From Mustelus asterias (Eukaryota), in contig NC_135812.1 in NCBI RefSeq assembly GCF_964213995.1, positions 98,580,001 to 98,644,000 of the forward strand: DNA of 64,000 nucleotides, written 5' to 3'. The notes beneath the pieces were generated by a model. The model saw only the letters and a list, made by a program, of their open reading frames with translations, ran no database searches and was not told where the DNA came from. Positions within the stretch are counted from its first letter, which is position 1. Each line of letters opens with the position of its first letter. Made by a program: the position numbers and the translations under genes. Shown here in pieces: positions 1 through 12,210 of this stretch.

Positions 1-365
1 CCAGCCTGAAACCTGAATATCCAGCCTGAAACCTGAATATCCAGCCTGAAACCTGTATATCCAGCCTGAAACCTGTATATCCAGCCTGAAACCTGAATAT
101 CCAGCCTGAAACCTGTATATCCAGCCTGAAACCTGTATATCCAGCCTGAAACCTGTATAACCAGCCTGAAACCTGTATATCCAGCCTGAAACCTGTATAA
201 CCAGCCTGAAACCTGTATAACCAGCCTGAAACCTGTATAACCAGCCTGAAACCTGTATAACCAGCCTGAAACCTGTATATCCAGCCTGAAACCTGTATAA
301 CCAGCCTGAAACCTGTATATCCAGCCTGAAACCTTTAGAACCAGGCTGAAACTTCTATATCCAGC
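1..365. repeat. 20-bp minisatellite (CCAGCCTGAAACCTGTATAT), ~17 copies plus degenerate end
   Basis: Direct tandem periodicity of 20 nt from the window start. Confidence 0.97.
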
Positions 366-441
366 TGCTTTCGTGCTCCTCCTTACGCAGGTTTCTGTTA
401 TCGCGATGTTATCACGTAGCCATGTGTTTATCTGTAGCGAT

Positions 442-797
442 GGTAGTCATGATGTGGAGATGCCAGAGTTGGACTGGGGTAAACACAGTAAGAAGTTTAA
501 CAACACCAGGTTAAAGTCCAACAGGTTTATTTGGTTGCAAAAGCCACAAGCTTTCGGAGCCTTAAGCTCCTTCTTCAGGTGAGTGGGAATTCTGTTCACA
601 AACAGGGCATATAAAGACACAAACTCAATTTCATTCCAACCATTATTCATGTTAATTGAGTTTGTGTCTTTATATGCCCTGTTTGTGAACAGAATTCCCA
701 CTCACCTGAAGAAGGAGCTTAAGGCTCCGAAAGCTTGTGGCTTTTGCTACCAAATAAACCTGTTGGACTTTAACCTGGTGTTGTTAGTCTTCTTACT
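442..797. mobile_element. Penelope-like element (PLE) fold-back insertion (inverted pLTR pair)
   Basis: Arms ~488-632 and ~650-797 are reverse complements; left arm carries the extra tail; TSD-like TTTATCTGTA at 427-436 and 797-806. Confidence 0.85.
703..739 (+). ncRNA. Minimal type I hammerhead ribozyme motif in PLE pLTR
   Basis: CAC-CTGAAGA-A-GGAGC(TTAAG)GCTCC-GAAA-GCT-T-GTG; stem I CAC/GTG. Confidence 0.75.
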
Positions 798-1755
798 TTA
801 TCTGTACCCTCAGCTCATCAGCTTTATTTACTATAATAAAATCAAAATACTGCATGCTGGAAATATGAAAGAAAAACAGAAAATGCTGGGAAATTTCAGC
901 AGGTCTGGCAGCATCTGCAGAGTGAGAAACAGAGCTGACTATGTATTTACTACGCTCCTTACATTTACACACATACCTTTTAACACTGTCAGATTCCTGT
1001 GCTGTACACTGTTTTACCTGTGCTGCCTCTGACTCTCAGAGCCACTCACTAATTCTCCATTTTCTGTTCCCTGCTCTGAACTTTCCTGTTGAGTGCAGTC
1101 ATCCTGTTTGCCTTGACTGTTAACGTCTTTACTTACCAACTCTTTTCAAACTCATGAATTTATTAAATGGGGAAAAAAAAGCTTGAAGCGGCTTAGTCCC
1201 AGGTGGCACTTGGCACCTTCTCTGACGTGATGTCTTGTTTTCACTGACATTCAGCGTACTGTGGGGTCAGAGTATGACCTTTCAGACCTGACATCTGGGC
1301 CCGAATATACATCCAACAAACAGGAGAAAGTAGGTTTCCAGTTCCTTGTCGTGGTAATGGTAATTGAGAAACATGAGCTGAAAACCGGCTAAACCGCACC
1401 TCCCGCTCCCCCTCCCCTTCACACTGCAGCATTACCACAATAGGGAATCCTGTAGAATTGAGCTGAATAAGAAGTCTCACAACACCAGGTTAAAGTCCAA
1501 CAGGTTTATTTGGTAGCAAATACCATAAGCTTTCGGAGCACTGCTCCTTCGTCAGATGGAGTGGATATCTGCTCTCAAACAGTGCAAACAGACACAAAAA
1601 TCAAATTACAGAATACTAATTAGAATGCAAATCTCTACAGCCAGCCAGGTCTTAAAGGTACAGACAATGTGGGTGGAGGGAGCATTCAACACAGGTTAAA
1701 GAGATGTGTATTGTCTCCAGACAGAACAGCCAGTTTAATAAATTCATAACACAGG

Positions 1756-1908
1756 CATTCAGCCTTGGATCTTCAGGTAAGCGTTCTCCAAGGCGGCCTT
1801 CACGACACACGACAGCGCAGAGTCACTGAGCAGAAACTGATAGCCAAGTTCCGCACACATGAGGACGGCCTAAACCGGGATGTTGGATTTATGTCACATT
1901 ATCAGTAA
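1756..1908 (+). pseudogene. C-terminal fragment of a PLE GIY-YIG endonuclease
   Basis: Translates HSALDLQVSVLQGGLHDTRQRRVTEQKLIAKFRTHEDGLNRDVGFMSHYQ*, with the R..EQ..I..F.T...GLN pattern of PLE GIY-YIG domains. Confidence 0.85.
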
Positions 1909-2116
1909 CCCCCACAGCTTTCCCCCTGATCTTGCAGAATCTCACTAGCTGTTCTGTCTGGAGACAATACACATCTCTTTAACCTGTGTTGAATGCTCCC
2001 TCCACCCACATTGTCTGTACCTTTAAGACCTGGCTGGCTGTAGAGATTTGCATTCTAATCAGTATTCTGTAACTTGATTTCTGTGTCTGTGCACTGTTTG
2101 AGAGCAGATATCCACT

Positions 2117-2153
2117 CCATCTGACGAAGGAGCAGTGCTCCGAAAGCTTATGG
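2117..2153 (+). ncRNA. Minimal type I hammerhead ribozyme motif (mirror copy on - at 1523-1559)
   Basis: CCAT-CTGACGA-A-GGAGC(AGT)GCTCC-GAAA-GCT-T-ATGG; stem I CCAT/ATGG. Confidence 0.8.
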
Positions 2154-2459
2154 TATTTGCTACCAAATAAACCTGTTGGACTTTAACCCGGTGTTGTGAG
2201 ACTTCTTACTGTGCTTACCCCAGTCCAACACCGGCATCTCCACATCAATTGAGCAGAAGACAGGGGCGCAATGTCAATCCTGCCAGTGGCAGCTATAATT
2301 TCCATGTTTCATTATGTCTCCCTCACTCTGCAGCCTGCCTACCGACTGCAGGACCTGGCACTCAGGGGCAATATCAATGTGAAAGTGGCAGCTCAATACC
2401 TCAGTGAGGCACCGTTGACTTGGAATTTGAACCCAACTTTCCCTGAGGACGATCTTTCT

Positions 2460-2857
2460 GTTTGATTTGATTTGATTTATTATTGTCACATGCATTAGTA
2501 TACAGTGAAAAGTATTGTTTCTTGCGCGCTATACAGACAAAGCATACCATTCATAGAGAAGGAAAGGAGAGAGTGCAGAATGTAGCGTTACAGTCATAGC
2601 TAGGGTGTAGAGAAAGATCAACTTAATGCAAGGTCGGTCCATTCAAAAGTCTGATGGCAACAGCGAAGAAGCTGTTCTTGAGTTGGCTGGTACGTGATCT
2701 CAGACTTCCGTATTTTTTTCCAGATGGAAGAAGGGGGAAGAGAGAATGTCCGCGGTGCGTGGGATCCTTAATTATGCTGTCTGCTTTGCCGAGGCAGCGG
2801 GAAGTGTAGACAGAGTCAATGCATGAGAGGCTGGTTTGCGTGATAGGCTGGGCTTCC
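2460..2857 (-). mobile_element. LINE 3' fragment with (TCAAA)n tail (Rex1/Babar-like); second copy at ~14845-14980
   Basis: TTTGA repeats at the left end followed by sequence repeated at 14845-14980; family assignment by resemblance only. Confidence 0.55.
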
Positions 2858-2895
2858 CTGAGCTTCGGAACTGACTGTGCTTGTGGAATGTGCAG

Positions 2896-3088
2896 GGTCT
2901 AGGAGCTCCAATCGGGTCTCTTATTGGCGGCCGAAAGGAATTTATCGAGCAGGCCCTCCGAGTGCGGAAAGTGCTTGGAGGGGGCATGAGGCAGGCTGGG
3001 GTGTTGGCAGCCGCAGGACTCATCTCCTTATCAGATATGGTCGAAAGGCTCCGAGATGACCACAGAAACGCCAGGAAGTTTGCTGAAG
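2896..3088 (+). CDS. THA1: L-threonine aldolase (low-specificity, PLP-dependent), penultimate coding exon
   Basis: [41 protein letters not shown] is the hallmark segment after the PLP lysine; acceptor tgcag at 2891-2895, donor gtacca at 3089 (phase 1). Confidence 0.95.
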
Positions 3089-3174
3089 GTACCAACTGTT
3101 TATAAATGTTTCACTGTTCACCTCCTTACCTCAAAATGAACCATCGCAGTTCTGTCCCATTTTCAATTGATTCA

Positions 3175-4256
3175 AAGAACAAAAGGTCCAGCACAGGAAC
3201 AGGCCCTTCAGCCCTCCAAGCCCATGCCGATCATGATGCCCTAACTAAAAAGAAAATTTTTGCCCTTACTTTGTCCGTACCCCTCGATTCCCTTCCTGTT
3301 CGTGTCCCATCCAGGTGCCTCATAAATGTTGTTAATGTGCCTGCTTTCATCACATCCTCTGGCAGTGCGTTCCAGGCACCCACCACTCTCTGTGTGAAAA
3401 ACTTCCCCCACACATCTCCCTTAAACTTTCCCCCTCTCCCCTTGAACCTGTGCCCCCTTGTAATTGACACTTCCACCCTTGGAAAAAGCCTCTGACTCTC
3501 CACCCTGTCTGTGCCTCTCATAATTTTGTAGACCTCTATCAGGTCTCCCCTCAACCTCTGACTTTCCAGTGAAAACAATCCTAGTTTATTCAACCTCTTC
3601 TCAGATCCAACACCCTCAAGACCGGATAACATCCTGCTGAACCTTCTTTGCACTCACTCCAAAGCTTCCACGTCTTTCTGATAATGTGGTGACCAGAACT
3701 ACATGCAATACTCCAAATGCGGCCTAACCAAGGTTTTATATAGCTGCAGCATGATTTCCCAACTCCTGTACTCAGTGCCCTGGCTGATGAAAGCAAGCGT
3801 GCCAAATGCCTTCTTAACCACCTTGGCCACCTGTGTTGCCACTTTTAGGGAACTGTGGACCTGCATGCCCAGATCCCTCTGTATGTTAATGTTCCTTAGG
3901 GTTCTGCCATTTAATTCATACTTAAATTTAATCTTTCAAAATGCATCACCTTGCATTTGTCCAGATTAAACTCCATCTGCCATTTCTGTGCCCAAGTCTC
4001 CAATCTATCAATATTCTGTTGGATCCTCTGACAATATCCGGCAGTATCAGCAACTCCGCCAATCTTCATGTCATCTGCAAACTTACTAATCAGACCACCA
4101 CATTTTCCTCCGGATCATTTATATATACCATAAACAAGAGAGGTCCCAGCACTGATCCCTGCAGAACACCACTAGCTACGGATCTCCATTCTGCAAAACA
4201 CCCTTCCATCGCTACCCACTGTCTTCTATAACCAAGCCAGTTCTGTATCCATCTGG
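3175..4256 (-). mobile_element. CR1/HER1 LINE 3' fragment(s)
   Basis: Minus ORFs with [40 protein letters not shown] motifs. Confidence 0.92.
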
Positions 4257-5267
4257 TCAACAGTGTTTATTTCCTTTATAAAGCAAGAAAATCCACACCG
4301 GTGAAGTGGCGCAAGGTGATAACTTGCTGATGGACAATTTGTTTCCTGTGCCCTGTCATTAGTTGTGTTGGAATATTCGGCCTGCAGTTGGTGCAGCGTG
4401 ATCCATGGGGTGGTCCACATGTTGACCAGACTGTATGCTGCTCTGTGTAACACAGCAAGCCAGCCTCAAAGCCCTCGCAGCTAAAATGGAGGCCCAAGGC
4501 ATTAAATGCTGACTTGAGATTACAAATGAGAGTCTGGTGCACCGAATTGAGGCCTCGGACGTACCCACAAGAGTGAGCCTACTTCAGACTGAGCCAGTCT
4601 GGGTCAGAGTCACTCCATCTGGCAGACCTCGGGGTGCTTATATTTGGAACAGCGTGTGGATCACATTCTGGCGTGGCTCAGATTGTGCTTACCTACAGGA
4701 AACTAATAAATGGAATAAATCTTTGTTCTGAATATTCAGCCCAAACAGGGCGGATTCTGTTTTTGGATCAGAAACTTGTCTCCGGCTTGCGAATGATTTT
4801 TCAGAGTCCTTTGTGCACACAGGTTTCCTGTCCACTTTGAGGCAGTGGTGACAGGAACAGAAATGGGTCAGATGAAGCATGGGACTGACTTAAACCCTTC
4901 CACCCCCCCCCCCCCCCCCCCCCCGCCCCCCCTGCCAACAGCACTGAGGCTGCTGGTTATCCTTGGGGAGAAGTCTGCAGATTTTACCAAGGCACTCTGC
5001 AGCACCAGAGGAACATTCAATGTTAACAGGAGGAACCGGGAGTCTGGCCCCCCTATTAGGGCATCGATGGACATCTGCATCTAATGTTGTAGTGAGTGGA
5101 GGGATGGTGCTGGGAGGAGCTCTCTGTGTTGTGTTAAATGAGTCATTGGGGTGTTGTTTTCCTGTTCCTGCCCAACTGGTTTCCTCTATTTGCATTCTAT
5201 AGATGATGATAGACATCGGGGGCTCCTTTCGTTTCCACCATAACAGGAAATGGGGTTTGACCAAAGA

Positions 5268-5428
5268 TGTGCGGGTTATGTTAATTGGCCATGCGATATT
5301 TCCCCTTGGTGTCAGGGGGACTAGATATGTGGGGTTACGGGAATAGGGCCTGGGTGGGATTATTGTCGGTGCAGGCTCGATGGGCTGAATGACCTCCTTC
5401 TGCACTGGAGGGATTCTATAATTCTATG
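5268..5428 (+). mobile_element. HE1 SINE 3' part
   Basis: HE1 body and tail ending ATTCTAT-type repeats. Confidence 0.75.
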
Positions 5429-5604
5429 ACCTTGACCGTAACCTGTATCATCCAAGGAACAAGGACAGCAGATGCACAGGAACACCCACCACCTGCAGGT
5501 TCCCCACCAAGCCACACCCCGTGACTTGGAGCTATATCACCATTCCTTCACTGTCCCTGGAACTCCCTTCTAAACCTCACTGCGGATATACCTACACCAC
5601 ATGG

Positions 5605-6040
5605 AAGTGGTGGGTTGTCACCTGAGGAAAGGCTGGAGAGACAAGGCTCGATCTTCTGGAGTTTAGAAGTGTAAGAGGCGACTCGATTGAAACATACAAG
5701 ATCCTGAGGGGACTTGACGGAGTGAATGTGGAGAGAATATTTCCTCAGGTGGAAGAATCTAGAACCTGGGGTCACTGTTTAAAAATGAAGGCTTGCCCAT
5801 TTAAGACAGAGATAAGGAGGACTTTTTCCTCTGGGGGTTGAGAGTCTTTGGAACTCTCTTCCTCAAAAGGTGGTGGAAGCAGAATCTTGGAATATTTTTA
5901 AGATAGATTCTTGATAAGGAGGTGAAACGTTACCGGGAGTAAGCAGGAATGTGAAGTTACAGTTAAAATCAGATCAACTGTGATCTTATTGAATGGTGGA
6001 AGAGGCTCGAGGGGCCAAGTGGCCTACTTTTGCCCTGAAT
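5605..6040 (+). mobile_element. CR1 LINE 3' fragment
   Basis: Degenerate RGDLIETYKIL / RTRGH / WNSLP sequence and CR1 3' UTR. Confidence 0.85.
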
Positions 6041-6060
6041 CTCTCTGAATCTGCTCTGAA

Positions 6061-6352
6061 GGGCGGCACAGTGGTTAGCGCTGCTGCCCCACAGCGCCAG
6101 GGACCCCTATTCGATTCCCAGCTTGGGTCACTGTGTGGGGTCTGCACGTTCTCCCCGAGCCTGTGTGGGTTTCCTCCGGGTGCTCCAATTTCCTCCCACA
6201 ATCGGAAAGATGTACTGGTTAGGTGCATTGGCCATGCTAAATTCTCCCTCAGTGTACCCAAACAGGTGCCAGAGTTTAGCGACTAGGGGATTTTCACAGT
6301 AACTTCATTGCAGTGTTAATGTAAGCCTATTTGTTACACTAATAAATATACT
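6061..6352 (+). mobile_element. tRNA-headed V-SINE (HE1 head/core) with alternative 3' tail
   Basis: Pol III A/B-box head and V-SINE core, then ...GTAACTTCATTGCAGTGTTAATGTAAGCC...AATAAA tail. Confidence 0.85.
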
Positions 6353-6469
6353 TAAGTAAGTATATTTTTATGTATTTATGTTCTCAGGGCCAATTAGGGA
6401 CGGGCAATAAATGCTGACCTAATCAACGAACATCCTGTGAAAGAAAAGGAAAAAATGTGAGATTGCGGT

Positions 6470-7105
6470 AAAGATACATGATAATTGTTGAATTTACTGA
6501 TGGCACAAAGATGGACAGGACAGTAAGTTGTGACGAGAACATAAGGAGTCTGCAAAGTGATATAGACAGATTAAATGAGTGGGTAAAAATCTGGCAAATG
6601 GGAAAATGTGAACTTGTACACTATTCCAGGAAGAATAGAAAATGTAAATGGAGAGAGATTACAGAACTCTGAGGTACAGAGGGATCTGGGTGTACTGGTT
6701 CATGAATCACAAAATGTTAGTGTTCAGGTAAAGCAAGTGATTAGGAAGGCAAATGGAATGTTGTCATTTTTGCAAGGGGAATGGAATATAAAAGTCAGGA
6801 AGTTTTGTTGCAGCTGTACAGAGTGTTGGTGAGGCCACATCAAGAGTACTGTGGAGTACTGTGTACAGTTTTGGTCTCCTCCTTTCAATAGGATATAATT
6901 GCATTTGAAACAGTTCAGAGAGGGTTCACGTGATTGATTCCTGGGATGAGGGGGTTATCCTGGGATGAGGGTGTGGTTGGACAGGCTGAGTCTGTAACTA
7001 CTGGAGGAGTTTTGAAGAATGAGGGGCAATCCTACTGAATTATATAAGATCCTGAGGGAGCTTGACAAGGTGGATGCTGAAAGAAAGTTTTCCCTTCTGG
7101 AAGAG
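6470..7105 (+). mobile_element. CR1 LINE RT-region fragment
   Basis: FTDGTK..LQSDIDRL..W..WQM and QRDLGVLV..S motifs. Confidence 0.88.
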
Positions 7106-7107
7106 AC

Positions 7108-7415
7108 TATCATAGAATCCCTACAGTGCAGAAGGAGGCCATTCGGCCCATCTGCAACCACCACAGAGCCCCCAGGCCCTATTCCTGTAACCTCACAACC
7201 TGCTAATCCCCTGACACTAGGGTCAATTTAGCCCAGCCAATCAACCTAACCCGCACATCTTTGGATTGTGGAGGAAACCGGAGCACCTGGAGGAAACCCA
7301 CGCAGACACAGGGAGAATGTGCAAACTCCACACAGACAATGACCCAAGCCGGGAATTGAACCCAGGTCCCTGGCGCTGTGAGGCAGTAGTGCTAACCACT
7401 GTGCCACCGTGTCGC
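7108..7415 (-). mobile_element. HE1 SINE
   Basis: Full head, core and tail on minus strand. Confidence 0.9.
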
Positions 7416-8349
7416 CCCGTGTCTTCAAAGGATTTGATTTATCCCCCAGGGTCCATCTATGCACTCTAACTTGGGGACACAATTTAAAAATAATGGAACT
7501 TCCATTTGTGACAGAGATCAGGAGATTTCCTTTCTCTGAGGGCCACGAGCCTGTGGAATTCAATTTCCAGAAGCCAATGGGGGCAAGTTCATTGTATCTT
7601 TAAGGCTGTTAAATAAATTCTTGACTCACAGAAGGTCAAAGGGTATAGGAGAGGCCACAAGCAAATCAACCATGGTCTCATCAAATGTTGGCACAGGCTC
7701 GAGGGGCCGAATGGCCTACTCCTGCTCCTAATTTGTATACTTACCTGGTCCAGAAACGAGGAACTTCAATTACTTAGGATGGATGTATTCAAAATCATGA
7801 GGTTTCTGAACAGAGTAAGTAGGGAAAAAACTGTTCCCATTGGTGGTGAACCAGAGGACACAGATTGAAGGTAATTGGCAAAAGAATCACTGGAGAAATG
7901 AGAGAAATCTTTTTACGCTGCGATTGTTACGATCTGGAATGCACTGCCTGAAAGTGTGGTGGAAGCAGGTTCATTCGAGGCGTGTGAGAGAGAATTGGAT
8001 TGTTATTTGAAAAGGAAGAATGTGCAGGGTTATGAGGAGAAGCCAGAGGAATGGCAATAGATGATTGATCGTTTAGAGAGAAGATGCAAACACGACTGGC
8101 TGAATGGCCTCCTGTGCTGTAACGATTCTGTGATTCTGTGGAAGATGTTACTCACCCGAGACTTGGTCCAGGCACTGGAGGGAAATCCTGAGAAGCCTAA
8201 TGACTTGCTCAATGCTTGTTCCACTGAGCAGGGGTGTTGCCTCTGTGCCTCTCTTCAGGGCTCCCATTTAGGAGTCAGTAACCATGTCTTCAAGGGATAC
8301 AATTTATCTCCTAGGGTCCATCCATATACTTTGGGGGCCAAAGGGAAGA

Positions 8350-8900
8350 TCTGAGGCAGCGTCGAAAGATTGAGAGTGAAGCAGTCATGGCAACTGCAGG
8401 AAAGTGTGCGCCCACATGAAAGAAGCGCTAGTTGTGCTCCCAGAACAGTTGAATGTTGTGTGAGTGCAAGCTCTCCTTGTTGATGAATCTCACTGACCAC
8501 TGGGTACTTTGGCTACATGGGTGCATTCGATGAGGTCCTGCATCAATGGATTCCAAAGCCTTGAGGTCCCGCCTGTTGTGAAGAGAATGTGCTGTCCAGC
8601 TCTGACAGAGAGGACATCAGTGATTAGTGAGGGTGGAGTGATGTGCAGCCATTAGTGAGATGCCACTGAAGTCCTCAGCTGATCCTTGGAAAGAACCAGA
8701 AAGTGAAGAGTTTCAAGGCTTCAGTGATTTTGACAGCCACGAAAAGGCATAGCGCCCAGTGCTGCAAGGTATGAGGTCTTTGACAATGAGGGCACGATCG
8801 CTGTGATATTTTGCCGAAGGTTTTGTGATCTCCTGCGGCACTGGTTCTCTTCAATGTTACATCCTATATTGAGGGTGGGGCCTCCGTGTTCATCCTGACC
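8350..8900 (-). pseudogene. Degenerate PIF/Harbinger (HARBI1-like) DDE transposase
   Basis: Minus-strand pieces PLMQDLIECTHVAK, RFINKESLHSHNIQLFWEH, HVGAHFP..CHDCFTL and SGSFQGSAEDFSGIS resemble Harbinger motifs GVIDCTHV, NRKGFHSLNVQLVCD, PGSCHD and SGSFQ. Confidence 0.8.
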
Positions 8901-9772
8901 TCCTGCCGCTTGGGACTCTGCCCTTCCTGTGGAGGATGTTGCCCCTCATTGCCCAAAATTTGCCTTCTGCTCTCTGAACCTGCCATCTCATGTTTCCAGT
9001 CTGGGTGCTGAGTATCTACTTCCTCTGCCACCTGTGCAGTACCAAGTGCCCAGTCCCTCTTTGCCCCCTTATAGTGCCAGGGTGATGCCCTGGGACAGCC
9101 ATGAGTGGCTCCCCCTCTCTGTAACTGTCTCACATCCACTGACCCGCAACTGGCAATCCCTTCAAACTCTCCCCTCTGACAAGTTTTTAACAAACCTTTT
9201 AAACGATTTAAATTTACTTTAGCAGTGGGATTACTGACCCACCCTTTCATTGTCTTGGTGAAGGATAGAGTATTGGGATCGGCACCCTGTAACTGATGGC
9301 TGAAGCCAGTATATTCAGCCCACTGCCATTCCCAATCTGGGAATGGGCCTGAAAACTCAGTCCGATTTTTAGTTAATGCAAAGATGTGCTCGAAGGCAAC
9401 CTGAAGACCCTGTTTTTATAAGCCTGCGGCTGCATTTAAGTAACTACTGTAGCCACATAAATGGGATGATTGGAGGTCATTGCAGGGTTGTTATTTACCA
9501 ATGTCCTATCACAGAGCGGCATTAAAATCAGGAGCCTCTGTGATGAAACTACGCGTGTTATCAAACTAAAAAACCACGTGGAAGCAACTGACCAAGATAG
9601 CTGTCTCCCTGATCATTCATTCCTCCTTCATCAGTTCTTGGGGAAGAAGCTTTCATTGGGGTGGTTTATACTTTTGTTTAAAGGAGTTTGAGAGGATCTG
9701 ACCATGTCCTGTTCAGCCCAAGATTTTCGTATGTTGAGTCTTTTCTCAGCCCCTGTGTTGACCTTTGTGGTG

Positions 9773-10061
9773 TACGGCTGGGTCAGTGTCCGCTACGGCT
9801 GGGTCAGTGTCCGCTACGGCTGGGTCAGTGTCCGCTACGGCTGGGTCAGTGTCCGCTACGGCTGGGTCAGTGTCCGCTACGGCTGGGTCAGTGTCCGCTA
9901 CGGCTGGGTCAGTGTCCGCTACGGCTGGGTCAGTGTCTGCTACGGCTGGGTCAGTGTCCGCTACGGCTGGGTCAGTGTCCGCTACGGCTGGGTCAGTGTC
10001 TGCTACGGCTGGGTCAGTGTCCGCTACGGCTGGGTCAGTGTCCGCTACGGCTGGGTCAGTG
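9773..10061. repeat. 21-bp minisatellite (TACGGCTGGGTCAGTGTCCGC), ~14 copies
   Basis: Near-perfect tandem units. Confidence 0.97.
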
Positions 10062-10134
10062 CTCGCTGCGTCACTGAAGGAACAAGCAGGTGAACTGAGC
10101 TAACAGGATTCACTGAGTGACAGTCCCCCTTATG

Positions 10135-10327
10135 AATCATAGAATCATAGAATCCTTACAGTACAGAAGGGGGCCATTTGGCCCATCGAGTCTGCACCGA
10201 CCACAATCCCACCAAGGCCCGAGCCCCATATATTTCCCCTGCTAATCCCCCTGATACTAGGGTCAATTTAGCATGGCCAATCCACCTAACCCACACATCT
10301 TTGGACTGTGGGAGGAAATCGGAGCAT
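10135..10327 (-). mobile_element. HE1 SINE 3' part
   Basis: (ATCATAGA)n end plus HE1 body. Confidence 0.85.
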
Positions 10328-10759
10328 TTTAAGATTTAAATTGGCTTGAAAGCGAATTGCCAGATGCAAAGTCCAAAGCATTTTTACCACGAATTAACGG
10401 GCTTCTGGTCGTAGGTAAGATGAGTGATATCAACATGTACAAAATACAAGGCCAAGTGATACAAATATCTCAGTGAGCACAGTATAACTTAATCTCAGAG
10501 TAAGCGGTCACCCATTTGTGGCAGAGATGAGGAATTTCTTCTCTCAGAGGGTAGGAATCTGTGGAATTCTTTACCATTGAGAGCTGGGTAGTTAAATATG
10601 TTCAAGGCTGAGATTGACACACTTTTGATGGATAAGGGAATTGAGAGTTACGGGGATAAAGTGGGAAATGCAATTGAGGATTATCATATAGATCAGTTAT
10701 TGAATGACAGAGAAGACTCAATGGGTTGAATGGCCTGCTTCTACTCCTAAGCCTTATGA

Positions 10760-10885
10760 GGGCGAATTTACCCAATTCACCCGCCATGGGAATCATAGCA
10801 GGCGGGGGGCGGATCATGGAAAGGTCTGTTGACCTCGGGCGGGATTTTCCGGTTTCAGGGCGAGCGTGGCTGGAAAATCCTGCCC
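10760..10885. mobile_element. Short MITE (probably Harbinger-type); related copy at ~55930-56053
   Basis: Imperfect TIRs GGGCGAATTT / AAAATCCTGCCC; body repeated near 55.9 kb. Confidence 0.6.
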
Positions 10886-11149
10886 ATGGTGTGTTTGTGT
10901 TGTGGTCCGGATTAACCAGCTGTTTATTGTGCTGTCTGTAACTATACTGGTGGTAGATGTCGCTATTCTCCTTTTCACTAGTCAAAAGATATTAACGGAT
11001 ATGGAGCCAAACCAGGTGGGTGGAATTAAAATACAGATACACCATCATCTCATCGTAAAATGGAATGGGCTGAAAGGGCTGAATGGCCAACCCCTGTCCC
11101 TATGACCAATCAATATTGTCTTACCACACTACTGCAATCTTGTTCACAG

Positions 11150-11469
11150 GCATTCAGACATTTGCCACCTCCGTTTGTAACGTCGATATCAACGCCGTAG
11201 AGACAAATATTCTAATGTTCACAATGACTGACCCAAGAATCTCACCCAAGGAATTCTGTGACAAGATGGCAGAGGTGACTGAGGAGGAAGTGAGTGTGAT
11301 GGGGTGTGGGGTGCGAGTGCTGCTACAGCAAGTCTACGAGTGCACAGTCCGAGCTGTTTGGCACCTGGACGTATCCGAGGAGGACACTGACCTGGCCTTA
11401 CAGAAATTGCAATACGTGATAAAGTCAATCAAAACTAGCAATGGATCCACCAAATCTTGCAATCCTTAA
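11150..11469 (+). CDS. THA1: L-threonine aldolase, last coding exon
   Basis: Acceptor ttcacag at 11143-11149, phase-compatible with previous exon (G|GC); VETNILMF and VRAVWHLDVSEED motifs; TAA at 11467-11469. Confidence 0.93.
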
Positions 11470-11754
11470 ACCTGGCTTGAAGAGAATGAAATATTCTCAG
11501 GTGAAGAATAAGTGTGTTGTTTTGGATTAATTGTCAGGTCTGATGACATTGTTCGCAACGGTTTGCAACGTTTGTTCGTGGGAATCATATTTCGCGAATT
11601 ATGTGCTTTGCTGTTAATTTTAAAATTCTCATCCTTGTTTCTCCACGGCCTTGGCACTCCCGATCTTGTAATCACCTCCAGTCTCACAAGCCTGGTGTAC
11701 TACCTGCCGAGTTACCATTGAGCAAGTGTAAAGTTCACTAAGAGGCTATTTTTC

Positions 11755-12085
11755 TTTTATATATTCATGGGATGTGGGTCAGGCTGGGCCAGCATTTATT
11801 GCCCATCCCTGAGGGCTCTGGAGTCACATGTAGACCAGACCAGGTAAGGACGGCAGATTTCCTTCCCTAAAGGACATTAGTGAACCAGATGGATTTTTAC
11901 AACAATCGGCAATGGTTTCACGGTCATCATTAGACTTTTAATTCCAGATTCTTATTGAATTCAATTTATTGAATTCAAATTTCACCATCTGCCACGGTGG
12001 GATTCAAACCCAGATCCCCAGAGCAATACCCTGGGTCTTCTGGAATAGTTGTCCAGTGACAATACCACTACGCTACCACCTCCCC
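11755..12085 (-). mobile_element. SacSINE1-like (Deu-domain) SINE
   Basis: Reverse complement of GGTTCACTAATGTCCTTTAGGGAAGGAAATCTGCC core and tRNA-like head. Confidence 0.75.
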
Positions 12086-12210
12086 ATTAGCTGTTCATGT
12101 AACAGTGCACAAAACCAGGCCTAATATTTTGCCTGTGACTGACTACTAGCCCAGTGACTGTCCAACTCCAGTGATCAGGCAAACATGAGATGGGGGCATT
12201 TACTGCAATT

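Larger units (their letters stand above)
1468..2246 (+). mobile_element. PLE 3' end (GIY-YIG C-terminus + pLTR) with upstream inverted pLTR
   Basis: 1468-~1733 is the reverse complement of ~1945-2209; flanked by AATTGAGC(T/A)GAA at 1456-1467 and 2247-2258. Confidence 0.9.

Noticed and set aside
447-1032. Mirror-image ORFs with identical N-termini on both strands
   Set aside because: By-product of the PLE inverted repeat.
4903-4931. Poly-C tracts (also ~28800-28834) as G-quadruplex or regulatory elements
   Set aside because: Homopolymer runs, mostly within decayed repeats; lengths are unreliable and there is no supporting context.
9688-10103. Three overlapping repetitive ORFs and a CRISPR-like look
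   Set aside because: Pure 21-bp tandem repeat with no spacers; the ORFs arise from a stop-free unit with length divisible by 3.
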